The notes under the pieces were generated by a model that did no database searches, was not told where the DNA came from, and saw only the letters and a program-made list of their open reading frames with translations. The position numbers were made by a program, and so were the translations under genes. DNA of 62,682 nt, counting the filler, from Kipferlia bialata (taxonomy: Eukaryota), in NCBI GenBank assembly GCA_003568945.1. It is 4 parts of 4 records of this genome, joined end to end, with 100 filler letters (N's around TTAATTAATTAA, not from the genome) between each part and the next. Parts side by side here need not be neighbours in the genome. Positions count along the whole stretch, not along the records: positions 31,420 to 47,013 come from BDIP01000685.1; positions 47,114 to 62,682 come from BDIP01000687.1; 2 more parts are not named here. The stretch is one strand, 5' to 3'. Shown piece after piece: positions 40,520-53,622 of this stretch (position 1 is its first letter; each line of letters begins with the position of its first letter).

Positions 40520-42657
40520 ATGTTTGCAGCTTGTGTCTGTCTTCTGCTCCTAGGAGTTGCCCTCTGTGCACCTCCCGAGATCGCCAACCAGTTCAAGGGG
40601 GGTACGGCTGCTATTTACCAAGGAATAATGCACAATTCCTTCTTTGCTCCTCTTCTTCTCACCCTAGATGTTGATGTGACCGTGCCCTTCATCGGATCCA
40701 TGTCCGGTGTTGTGTACTACGATCTCGACGGCAATCGCCAGGTGTGGGAAGAAGAATAGGACGTGGAATATGTAATCAGTGTGGAATGTCAATTGTCCCC
40801 GTTATTCTTTTGTTACCTCTCTGTTGCTGATTCATCTGCTCTGACTTCGCCTCATCCACAGAGACAGGACTTCGGCGGACGCTTCGGCACCACAATCCAG
40901 ATTGACGATGGTGAGTAGGATGGCCAGTATTCTGACCGGATATGTTACCTCCCAGCACTGACCTCCCACGACTGGCTCTGTCTCTCACATCAGGCAACCT
41001 CGAGGTCTCCTACCAGATCTCCTGCCCTCCCCGTGGCAACAACTGCCAGTGCGCTCTGATGGACGACTTCAGCCCTGTCTGGAACCTGGACCTCCCCCCC
41101 TTCTCCACCTATGTGGGTGATGAGGACATCGACGGTGTCTCCACCCAGCACTGGCACTTCGACGTACGTGGTGGTAGTATCTGATCCATATAGTACCATA
41201 TATCTATATAATCCCCTCTCTGACCCTAAGATGGGCCCAGTGACCTTTGACGAGTGGATTGCCATGGGTGCCGGAGACAAGGACCCCAACACACCCGCCA
41301 AGCTCATCATGAACTCCATCGGAATCCAGGTATGGGTATCAGTATCAGTATCAGTATATCTATTCTTGTGGGTGACACTCATTTGCATTCATTGACACCG
41401 CCTCACCCCCAGAGCGAGATGGACTTCTCCAACGTCAACGTCAACTTCCCCCTCACTGGTGAGTACTACATGCAATCTGCATGCTGTCAGTTACTATAGT
41501 ACCATCTTATAATCTTTATACCCATCTGACCCCCTAGACGACCTCTTCGACGTCACCCTGTACAACTGCCCCCCTCCCGTGCCCCCTGTGTTCTGGTCCA
41601 TGAGCGGATACTGCCAGGACTCCACCAACCTCTCGGCCATCTCAGGCGCCTCCGTCACCGCCACCGGAGTCAACACCGGCAACGTGTACACCGCCACCAC
41701 CTCCTCCTCAGGTATATATGCCTTCGCTTATTGCTTCTTAGTTAGTCCCTCTCTCTGTCCGAGCTGCCCTCTCCTCTCACTCTCAGGTGCCTACACCATC
41801 TCCGACATGATCGAGGACGACTACACCCTCTCCATGGACAAGGACGGGTACGTGGAGTCAGTCATACATGCAGTGGTTGCCCCCCCCCCCCCTCCCATCT
41901 CTCAGTCTGTATGTCTTCTCACCCCCAGCTACTACCCCGGCTCTTCCCTTGTGCAGCTCGACCACAACATCGCTGCCGGCACCGGCGCCGATCTGTTCCT
42001 CTCCCCTGTCCTCACCGTTGGCTCCTACCGCTTCATCCTGACATGGGACTCCCACCCCAGGTAGGCATTATCATTTTGTATTAGTATTATGTAGAACAAT
42101 ATAGAAGTATAGTATCGGACAGTTGCAAGAATCATTATTCCATACTGTTGTAAGTAGTATAGGCCTCACCCCAGGGACCTTGACCTCTACGCCCAGGACC
42201 CCGCTGGCTGCTCTGCCTACTACGGCCGCAAGGTCTGTGCCTCTGGCGTGCACCTCGACGTCGACAGGACTGCCGGCTGGGGACCCGAGACCATGACCTT
42301 CGACTCCCCCATGCAGAGCGGTACATACACCGTGTGGGTCAGGAAGGTGAGGCAGAGAGTGTACAGAGTGTTTCTTTTCATTATTGTCTCTAACCCCAGT
42401 ACTCCTCCGACGGTGACATGACCACCTCCGGTGCCCAGGTCGAGGTCTACGATGACTCTGGTCTCGTGGACACTGTCGACATTGTGGAGGCCAACTGCCA
42501 GACCGGCAAGGTACTGTCACTATATATTTGTATATATATTGTTGCATTGTTGTAGTGTGCTGCGTGTATCGATATACCCTCACCGCAGACCGGCTGGATG
42601 ATTGGAACCGTGGCTGGTGCCGATGGTACCTGGAGCCAGAACTCCTACTGCTACTAG
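40520..42657 (+). CDS. secreted protein: signal peptide + ependymin-related-like domain + carboxypeptidase-regulatory-like domain + YfaP/DUF2135-like domain
   Basis: Complete in-frame chain from MFAACVCLLLLGVALC to NSYCY*; motifs GVVYYDLDGNRQRQD, YVGDEDIDGVSTQHW, ISGASVTA..TSSSGAYTISD, LTWDSHPRDLDL and LDVD..GWGPET; strong C-ending codon bias. Confidence 0.75.
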
Positions 42658-42868
42658 ATACTCTAGACGCAGATAGAGGTTTCTGCATAGTCTAGACCTG
42701 CATATGCTGCACTATTAGGCAGCTTAGTATGATCGCCTGGATCACTTTCAGCACATTGATGTGACACGAAATAGACATTGCAGTACCCTATATGCACAAG
42801 GGCTCCACTCATGTGACAATGAAATACATTTATAGCACCAATGCTTGGTGTGCGAACAGTGAGAGGCA

Positions 42869-45800
42869 CTATTTGCTCTCCCCCAATATGGCTTTAAGAT
42901 AGGCATGCATACCAGACCCCACCTTGGGTATGGGCTGCACTATGGATAGAGGTGAGTACTTGCACCCCTCACCCACCCTGACACTCACTGTCACCCCCTC
43001 TGCCTCACTTGCCTTGTGTCTCCCTCCCTTCTTGGGTCTAGGGGCCAGTACATCAACGACAGGTGTCATGGGTCTGGTCCAGACAGAGGGGGGGAGGGTG
43101 GCAGGGGGCTCAAAGGCAGTCCCATTCTCAGCAAAGACCACAAACCCTAGCTGCGGCAGTGCCAGTACAGAGACCACCCCAGTCATGTGTCTAGGGGGCT
43201 TGAAGGGACTGGGGATCTTGCAGTTGGTGCCCCAGTTGGCTAGGACCACCCCGCTTGATGTCTCTATGCCCAGGGAGTGGTTGATCTCACCCAGCCTGCC
43301 GTCCTGGGGTCTCACACTCGAGGCCAGGCCTGAGGTAGGAAGACAGGCAATGATATACACCGTAGTAGTAGTATAGTACCAGATATGTGTATGCTACTCC
43401 TACGTACCAATGACGCATGGGTGGCTAGGGAGTGTGACCTCCATGTAGAAGAAGGGACAGGACGGGGGGACAGTGCCGTTGAGGGGCAGCATGATGTGTC
43501 TCAACTGGATATTAGGTATACATAGGTATATATAGATGTGAGGGGTAATATATGTGGCAAAACTGATGGGGGTCCTTCAGTGAGTGCCCATACCTTCACC
43601 CTCGATGGATACACAGTGCACACAGTATCAGAGACTGGCTTCAGACACCCCTGCTTGGACAGAGCCATGCTGGGGTCAGCAAGAAGGGATATACAGTAGC
43701 ATGATACTACTACACATAAATAGAGAACAGTGTTACTATGACACCACTACAGAGAGTCTAACATACCGAGTTGCCAGGTCATACTTCGTTGGAAGGTGCA
43801 GACCATTGTCCTGCACACTGTAGCTAGGAATGAGAGGGATATAATGGGTGCAAATACACAATGTGTGAGTAAATAATATTGAGGAGGGCCAGGACTAGGA
43901 AAGGAGCAGAGACACTTGCAGTAGTACCCACCTGGACAGGAGGCTGTCCAGCCCACCCATGGTATCTAACAGAGACCCAACCACAGATGATGTGCTGAGA
44001 AGCTGGGACTGGATCTGGCCAGGGGTGAGCACCCTGGGACGGTCAGACTCACTGTCTGGCCTGATAACCTAGAGGGTAAGTGGGAGTATAGAGTGGACAG
44101 GGCCTGTAGGAGAACACCATACACCCTCTCCCACCTCGTTGCCAGTCACTGTCTCCAGGTGATGACTGTCACATAGCTCAAAGAGGGAGGGCTGCCCAGG
44201 GGTCTGGCTCTGGGCCTATCGGTAGGGGGGGGGGGGGGGGGGGGGGGAAAGGGGGAGGGGGGGGGGGGGGGGGGGAAGAGGGGGGGGGGGGGGGGGTGAT
44301 GGACATGGATGGGTGTCGGAAGAGGGGGGTTAGAATGGTATGGATGGTCACTGTTGAAGGTACCTGCATATCTCGAGTGACCTCTCTATCCTGGTCTTCC
44401 TGATGCTGGATATGTAGCTGGGGGTGAGACAGGATACTTAACATCACTACACAGGTCATAACATTGCCACTCTCAATTGCACATCTTCCCGTCACTCTGC
44501 TATCCAACGGTGCACGATACATATACATACATGTGTGTGCACCCACCTATCACTCTGCTCTGCCGCTGCTGCGGCACTGGCAGTGCTCAGTTCAAGGGAC
44601 CTGGGGTGAGAGGGGGAGGGGGGCACTCACAGAGACTATCCCTAACACACCCAGAGTGCCTCACATACACACACATACTTGAGGTGCTGCGACAGTTGCG
44701 TCGACATCTCCTGTCTGGATGAGAGCACAGACACAATCTCCATTTTGAGGGTCTTGAGGTGCTCGATCAGCTGGGCAGCGGTGTCGGGGTCTGGGTCAGG
44801 GGGGAGAGAGAGTGCATAATTAGAGAGAGAACCAAAGAGAGAGAGACTCAGATGTAGATTGTATATATCCAGGTTGGCAGCTATGTCTGGGTCAAGACAA
44901 GCCAACACTGGAAGGAAAGGAGAGAGGCTATACCCCTTCTCACCTGTGTATAGCTCCTGCCACTCCTCGGCCGATATGACACAGTCGTTACTGAAGTATC
45001 TGAGGTAAGGGTGGAATAGAAGGAAGGTACATTGTCCACCACTGTCATACACCTAATAGGGACATATATATTATGTAGGGCCTACTCCAACATCAATAAG
45101 TAGCGTAGAGAGAGAGAGTACCTATCTGGGATGGCCTGGTGTCTCTTGCTGAGCTCCTTTCTGAAGGACAGCAGAGACAGCCTGCTCCCAGCCGGGATGT
45201 ACTCGCCCAGCTCAGAGGGGGTGGGCAGGCGGTACCTGCGTGAGAGGGATATACATACAGAGAGAGACGAAGATACATCCTACATACACCCTCACCTTGG
45301 GTCTGGTGTGGCCTTTGCCGAGTGCCCCGTGTACCCACTCACCATGGGGGTCCCACCCACCCTCACACTCGATCCCTTTCTGGCTAGGGCAGGCGTGCTC
45401 TCTGGCCTTCTCTCTCCCTCCTCCCCCTCCTCCTCTTCCTCCTCTGGGTGCTGCTGGTCCAGACTCTGGCTCAATAGGACAAAGTGGGTGGCTAGGTCTC
45501 CATACTTGGACAGGTACTGCTTGAAGTCCCTACAGGTGAGAGTGAGAGAGAGACTGCAACAGTACACACTGTACCGTACACAGACACAACACTGCAGCTC
45601 CTAAAGATACCTGAGTGGGGCAGGTGAGGGCACAGGTGGGGGCAGATCAGGCTTTCTCTGCACTTGGGTCAGAGAGCATAGAGAGGACAGAGGGAGGAGG
45701 GGGAGGGGGTGACATATAGAGTCAGAGTAATCTTCTGATACTAATCACACTCCCTCCACCTATTCCTGCTCGGAAGTATGAGAGGGTTTGATATAGAGTC

Positions 45801-45986
45801 AAACACTGTTGTATGCATATTGTATGTATGCGGGTAAGGTAGTACACACAATAACCCACCTGTGTAGGTCTCTGGGTCCTGCACTTCCTCCAGTAGGTTG
45901 GACACAGGTAGCGACGCCAGATGCTTGGGGTAGGACCGACTCAGTGGCTTGGACACCGTCGGGATGGTGGGGAACCCACGGTCCAT
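42869..45986 (-). CDS. hypothetical multi-exon protein
   Basis: Splice-bounded exons (e.g. MDRGFPTIPT..., DFKQYLSKYGDL..., DPDTAAQLIEHLK...) and terminal exon 43329-42869; no recognised family; poly-G break near 44225-44296. Confidence 0.5.
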
Positions 45987-46241
45987 GCCTCACTCCTCAG
46001 CTCACGCTCACAGATACGGGTGCTGCACAGAAGGCGTCAATCTCTCTAGGGGAACCAAAGAACAAGGACGAGACCTGTGTACAGCACTACCGAGTGTGGG
46101 ATAGCTGTGTCTGAAAGAGTCCATCCCGGTGACACACGGCTGGACTTAGACTAAGTTAGAATCTAACCCTTCTTTCAAAAACTCAATATTCAGCTGCTGA
46201 AGTTCAGCACCGTCAGCACCGAGTCCTTCCTCACTAGTATT

Positions 46242-47013
46242 ATGGTACCTTCTATTATCACTCACTGTGTTAGGAAAGATGAGGAAGGCAGAGTGTGTGG
46301 GAATCCTCTCGACCCTCCACACACTAGCAGGAGGAAGCACTGTGCTGATTGCTTGTGGGCTATCAAGCAGATCAAGAACCGAGAAACATATCTGCGGAAC
46401 AAGCAGAAGAAGACAGCACCAGAGGCCCCTGGACCTTGCCCCCACTGCGCAGTGCATCTTGGCACAATTGCAGAGAAGGAGGCATTGATAGCCGAGCTTC
46501 AGCTTCAACTACAGGGTGTCAAGGTTTCAGTCCCAATCACTGTGCCCACCCCTCCTCTCGCTGTCCTCCCTGTCCCCTCTGTCCCCGTTGTCAACGAAAA
46601 TGTCCCTCCCCCTGCCAAGAGAGTCCAGAATCCCCAGGCCCAGGTTCATCAAGAAGGTCAAGCCCAAGGTCTCTGCCCTTGTTGATTATCTTGATGACAG
46701 GCAGGAGATGTTCATTCCCAGTGCCCCCCCTCCTGGCAGATACAAGCTCATACACTGTGACTCCAGTACTTGGGGACAAGAGGAGACTACCTCCTACCAT
46801 ATCAACCCTCTCACCCTCCAGCATCTCTCCCCTGATAGCACTAGTCTGTATGTGAATATCTTGGTTGGTTGCATTGAGCTCAATCTCACTGATACAGTCT
46901 ACCGTCTCAAGACCAGAAGAAGAATCTTTTTATTCCTCTCTCGAGCTGAACCCTTTTTCAGAATCTTTTTATTCCTCTCTCGAGCTGAACCCTTTTTCAT
47001 ATTCGCTCAATGG
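46242..47013 (+). pseudogene. intronless Cys-rich ORF with an apparent 1-nt frameshift, possibly derived from a mobile element
   Basis: ORF 46242-46685 (C..C, CADC, CPHC, then coiled coil and Pro-rich segment) continues in another frame as RIPRPRFIKK... after ...AAG AGA GTC C AGA near 46620. Confidence 0.35.
46921..46998 (+). repeat. perfect 39-bp tandem duplication
   Basis: AGAATCTTTTTATTCCTCTCTCGAGCTGAACCCTTTTTC x2 at the scaffold end. Confidence 0.9.
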
Positions 47014-47113
47014 NNNNNNNNNNNNNNNNNNNNNNNNNNNNNNNNNNNNNNNNNNNNTTAATTAATTAANNNNNNNNNNNNNNNNNNNNNNNNNNNNNNN
47101 NNNNNNNNNNNNN
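47014..47113. other. artificial scaffold-joining spacer
   Basis: N-run + TTAATTAATTAA + N-run, 100 nt. Confidence 0.97.
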
Positions 47114-47165
47114 CTCTCTCTCTCCCTATATATACATGTGTGTATATAGAACTATATATCTATAC

Positions 47166-47410
47166 CTGCGTGTCTGTCTCTGTGGCCAGGGTCAGGTACT
47201 GGTCCCTAAGCACCTTGGCCTCAGAGACAAGGTCCTGGATGGAGTCAATGTGGCCCCTGGGAGTCAGAGGAGAGAAGAACAGTTCACAATGCCCCACAAT
47301 ACTCTACTACTATTCTGTATGTGTCCCCCTACCTACCAGTCTCACTCTCAATATATACACTCAATATATATATACATATGTCGACATACGCTCACCTAGC
47401 ACTCGTTCTG

Positions 47411-47449
<39 letters not shown>

Positions 47450-50400
47450 ATACTTATTAATATACATATCCATATGTACTCACCTAGCACTGGATCTGAG
47501 TCTCTCCAGGTCCGACAGGGTGTACAGGACATAGTCATCAAACCCAAAGTTGATGTGTCTGGACATGTTGAGAGCTGCCACACGGCCTGGGGTCAGATAT
47601 ATACACAAACTATATATATATATGTATATATCAAACTATATATATGTATATATATATATAAATATATCTATTCATACATACCTGTGGATAGGGCAGCTAC
47701 TGTGGTCAGGGCGTTGAGGTCCTCCTTCTTCTCACTCTCATACACAGCCAGCTCAGACTGGGCTTGGTCCACAGCCGCACACAGGCCGGTGTCCTGGGCG
47801 TGAGGTACTATACATGATAGACGAACACATTCCATAGTGGGAAGAGAATCAAGTGGAGCAGAGAGAAGGGTTCTGGTGGGATGTGTATGCTGCATACACC
47901 GGATCTGTAGATCAATAATCAATGGAGTGGGATAATACTATTCACGATACCCCACACCTGCTTCTTCAATGCCCCCAGCTGTGTCCTGAGCTGATCACCC
48001 TTGGCGGTGGAGGCAGCCAGCTGGTCGTCGATGCTCTGGCGCATGGCCTAGGAGTGAGACTGTCGATACGTACCAGTCACGTAAAGAGACCATAAAATGT
48101 ATAGAGTAGTTAGCGATAGGAAGATATATACATATATATAACAACCACTGTACCTGGAGTCCCATGACCGTGTCGTATGTCTCCACGGTGATGTCCTCTG
48201 AGGGTGAGGGGGAGTGACATAGGCACCAAGAGATACAGGGACAGTGAGAGAAAGAGATGTATATATAGGAAGAGAGTGTATGACGCGAGAGAGAGAGAGA
48301 TAGAGACACTATACCTGGGAGTGCGTCTCTGGCCAGTCCGTCCTCATTGGATATGTCACTCCAGTCTGACATGTCGGACATGTCACTGTCCTCCTGGTCG
48401 CCTGGGGGGTTGGTGATGGCAATAATCGAGTCGATTATACAAACACATTGGTGTCTACAATGAGAGAGGTGGTCCGTACCCTCTGCATCCTGTTTCACTG
48501 TCTTCTTGAACATAGCAATCAAGTCATATATGTATACTATATACTAAACACACACACATATACATATATACATATATACTGTAAACTATATACCCTCTGC
48601 ATCCTGCTTGACTGTCTTCTTGAACATGGCAATCAGGGCAGCGTGATGGGGGTGGTCGTCTGGGGGTTAGAGAATGACATATAGGAGAGAGTGGCTTGGG
48701 GAATTTGACTTCACAGAAATACACCCACCTGGCACCGTTGCTGCCAGCTTTGTGAGCAGGGCCTGTCTCTTGGCAGACAGGTCCTCGACCTGGGGGGTGA
48801 GAGTGTGTGTATAACGTCAATAATACAACAATAACACTGATATACTCCTCATACCTTGGTGGCTATGCCTGACAGCTTGCCCTGCAGGGACTGCAGTCTC
48901 TTGGCAAGGGCGGCCTTCTCACCCCTGGCGTCAGTCGCATATACACTGTCATACACACTGAATATATACACATATATGTAGTGGATATGTGAATCTCCGC
49001 ACCTCTTAGCGGCCACCTCCCTCAGGATCTGTGCATCTCTCTTGCCAAACAAAAGAAGGGTGCGTACAATCTTGAACAGAACCACCAGCTTCAGCTCCAC
49101 CCTGCCACACTCCACATCCAGGGTGCTCTTCTGGTTGACTAGCTCCTTGACAGTCCTGGGGTTGGACACACACTATCATAGTACATGTAGACATAAATAT
49201 ATAGCTGAATACATACCTGTCGAAGCACGTCATGAGCTCGTCTGCCCTTGACAAGATGCGTCTCCTCTCGGTATCCAGGTGGGCAACGCGTAGCTGCACC
49301 CTGGGAGTGAGGCATGTATACATAGTAGAGGGGTATTCTCCCTCTTTCTCCCCCTCCTTCCTCTCACTCTCTATATATAATCCTATACCTCCTGAGTGCC
49401 TCCTGTCCCAGCTCTCCCTCCTCCCTATATATGGATATTCTTGTATGTATATCTCCATTTATATCTATATACTATACCTCCTGAGTGCCTCCTGTCCCAG
49501 CTCTCTCACCCCCCCCCCTCTCTCTCTATACCTATGTATATATGTACACATATTACTCTTATACCTCCTGAGTGCCTCCTGTCCCAGCTCTGTGCCTGGG
49601 AGTGCCGTGGGTATGCCCTCCTGGGTACTGGCCACAGAGGGGGGGAGGGGGTCAGGGCCTGACGGTAAGAGAGAGAGGGTGAGAGAGAGGTAGGGTCAGG
49701 GCCTGAGGGTAGGAAAGGGAACTATATACAGTAGACATAACACATATATATACCTGCCCCCTGTGCTGCCTCTGCCATCTCCATGAGCTCAGCGGCACTG
49801 CGGAACCTAAGTGGGTTAGTATACATATACAATGAGACATATACACAATTATGCATATTACATATAAAGTCACGTGGAGTGGGATAGCACTCGCCATAAC
49901 ACTACATGCAAACAATAATATACCTCATGTGTAGTGGGTTTGCACTGGGTGCCACTGCAGTAGAGGGCAGGGCAGGGGCAGGGGTGGGGCACATGGTCTG
50001 GGGGGGCTTGCGGCACTCCTCGACCAGGGCAGGCGGGATGGAGCCTGGACATCAGTACACACTCATAGAGAGAGTGAGAGTGGATGGTACTTCCTTACCC
50101 AGTGGTATGATCTGGCTGTCGTCTGCCTTGAGGCCTATGATGCCCTCGGGACACGTGATGTCCTTGATGATGGCAGCCTCGGGGTCGCCTGGGAGTAAGA
50201 GAGGTTATACATATACTACATACTATATACATATGCTACATACTATATACTAAACACTTAATACATATACTGTATGTTTATGTGTATGTATTCATACATA
50301 CTGTAACTGGCAGCAGGGCCTCCATCTGCTCCACACCCACTCATACATATCTCATTATTCATTCATGGATAAGTATACTAGTAACACTGTACCTGGCAGC

Positions 50401-50828
50401 AGTGCCTCCATCTGCTCCACACTCATCTCCTGCACTGTGCCTCTGTAGTCAGGCTCAAGCAGGGGGCACCTGGGGGGTTAGGAATGTGTATCCTCTCTCT
50501 TTATATATAAAAAACACAATACCCCAGGTATCATTACTTGTACTAAACACTGCCTCTACCGAACATTACGATTCCATGACAATTCATCCAGTATATACCT
50601 CCTATCCTTTGAGGCATCGTCACCTCCGGCAGCCATGCCTCCGAAGCCTCCCATCCTGGGGAGTGAGTGCTGAAAGGGGTTTAGTAACGTGCAAAGGAGG
50701 GACATAATTAAATATTGCTATACATAATAGAAGAGAAATATGATAATAATGTAGGAGCTATATGTACCTAGCCATCTTCGCTGCCTTCTCCTCTGCCAGC
50801 ATACAATTAATGTAACACATTATAGTAA

Positions 50829-50872
<44 letters not shown>

Positions 50873-53583
50873 TAAAGATATATGATTATACCTAGCCATC
50901 TTTGCCGCCTTCTCCTCTGCCAGCACAGCCAGTCTCCTGTTGACCAGGTATGCCCTCAGGGCAGCTGGGGTGTAGCCCTGGGGCTTGGACAGCTCGTCAG
51001 AGGAGACATACAGCAGGGCACGGGCTCTGAGGGTAAGAGATATATATGAGTGCGATATTTATGTAGACATGTGTATGAGTATCTATATGAGAGGAGACAT
51101 AGAGCAGGGCACGGGCTCTGAGGGTAAGATTTGTACATGATACATATAAAGAAGACACACATAATTATATATAAGACTTCTGTTCATACCTGTCCAGGTT
51201 GAGCGTGGATGAGTCAAGGAGCAGACGCCTGTTGATCTCGTCAGTCACGCTGGGGTGAGATCGATACACATTACAGAGCAAATAGAGAGAAACAAAAGAG
51301 AGAGAAAGAGAGAGAGAGACAGTACCGTACCGAGTATCTGTGAGGCTGTCGATCATCCTAGTGTACTCTGCCACTATCTTGAGGTAGTTGCAGCACAGGG
51401 TATGCACAACCTGCTTGGCAATGGACAGGGCCTCGACCTAGGGTAAGAGGGCAATGAAGTAGTATATTAAATCATATAAACTAACGTGTATAGAGAGAGA
51501 GAGAGAGGCTTGGCAATGGCGATGGCAATGGCGGAGGCCTCGACTTAGAGGAGGTGCTACGTAGAAAGAAGTGAAGAAAGAGACATGTACCTTAGCGTTG
51601 AAGGACCTTCTGAAGTCACAGTATGCCCTGAGCAGGATGAAGTACTCGGCAAGCCTGGGGGTGAGACTGGATATCTATATGAGAACAGTAGAAGGAGAAA
51701 CACAAAATGCCTTTGTATATACAGTGGAAACTAACAGAGAAATGTAAAGTATGGTGTATACCTAGCGTCACTGCTGCTGAGTCTGGGTGGCAGTGCATAG
51801 TCGGGGTCTGTCCTCAGGAGTCTGGACCCGTTGTGCCTCTTACCGTACTCAATACGGCGCCTGGGATCAGGTGGTATGTTGTGCATGTCTATAGAAAGTG
51901 TATGCATATACCTGTCATCTGTTGAGATGGTCTTGGGGTTGGGCCTGCGTCCCTTCAGCTCCTGCAGGGCCTTGAGGGAGGCAGCCCTCTTGGCATTACG
52001 GGCAGCTACCTAGGGTGAGTGAATGGAAACATCTTCAAGTAGAGAGGGTATATGAACCCTTCGTACCTTTGCCAGCCTGTTGGTGCGTGCCCTGCCTCCT
52101 GGCACAGATGCCACCTGGGCAGCTGCGGCCTCGGACTGGGTGGTATCTACGCGGTGAGAGGATAAAAAGGTTGAGCATATACTAAACTATATCCTCAGAG
52201 TATATGCATACCTGGCCTAGCGCTAGTGACACTCCTGGCGATGGCAGAAACTGTCCCGCCCTGTGCCATCTCTCTCTCCCTCTCCATGTCATCCACAGCA
52301 GAGGAGACAGAGGGGGCGGCACTGGCGGTGCGGCTGCCGGGGACGCTGTTGGCGGCCTCCTTCTCTCTCTCTCCCTCTGCGTCGCCATACTCACTGCCAA
52401 AGGGGGACTCGGTGGGGTCCATCCTAGAGGGTTAGGGTCACTGACACATTAATATATATATAAATATATATTGATATATAACGATGGGGTCCATCCTGAC
52501 ATGTAAGAATGGCATACATGATCAAACCCCAACTTATATATGTTGACAATACTATTGCTGGAAATGTCACACCTAGCCAGTAGCAGGTTGATCTGCTCAT
52601 CCACAACGACAGGTACCTCGCTGACCCGATATGTCCTGACCTAGGGGTTAGTAAATAGAAATACTAATAGAAACCAGTATCTCTCTCTCCCATTGTATAT
52701 GTCCATACCTCCAGACCACTGTCACTGAACCCACGGACAGTGAGACTCTGGCCCTCCACACCTCCACCTGGGAGTCAGTGAAAAATGAACATTTGCTAAT
52801 GCATACACACACATGAAGCAACAACTATTGGTGTGACTTCATACCTAGGAACAGGGCCCTGGCCTTGATAAGTTCCTTCTCGGCACGCTCTCTGGTGGTT
52901 AGAGAGCACTAGAGGGAAGTATCGGTATCAGTACAAGGTGACTAAATAGTACACACCTGGCGTATGCGAACTGGGCATCGACCCCCTCTATCCCTGTGAT
53001 CTGCTCCTCATACAGGGCAGGGCCTAGGCCAGAGTCTACAGTGAAGTCAGTGTTCCTGCGCAGCTGGGCATTCTCAGGGTCCTGGGGTGAGAGAGGCACA
53101 TACACTCACATCAACACACAAAGAGACAAAATTGTATCACTATGGATATAATGTCCTATCCCACCTGCAGAATCTGCCTCATTAGTGTCTTGTACTCATT
53201 CCTCAGACGCCTGGCCTTGTTCAGGATGTCCTGGGGTGAGGACGGGTAGTACATACACATACATACACATATTCACTGTTCCCATATATACTACATATAC
53301 ACTTTGTAACTGCGTCTGCCTGGCAATTACCAGGTCACATACTCTCTCCCTCTCTCTCTCTCTCCTCACTCTTATGTATAGTGTTGTAGTGTGTATATAT
53401 ATACACACTGTACCTGCGTCTGCCTGGCCAGTGCCAGGTCACTCTCCTTCTCTCTCTCTCTCTCTCTACACCCTTATGTATATGAATAGTAGTGTATATA
53501 TATAACCGTTGTACCTGTGTCTGCCTGGCCAGTGCCAGGTCACTCTCCTTCTCTCTCTCTCTCTCTCTTCATTCTTATGTATA

Positions 53584-53622
<39 letters not shown>

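Noticed and set aside
27620..47013. Functional clustering of hydF with downstream genes
   Set aside because: They lie on different scaffolds joined artificially.
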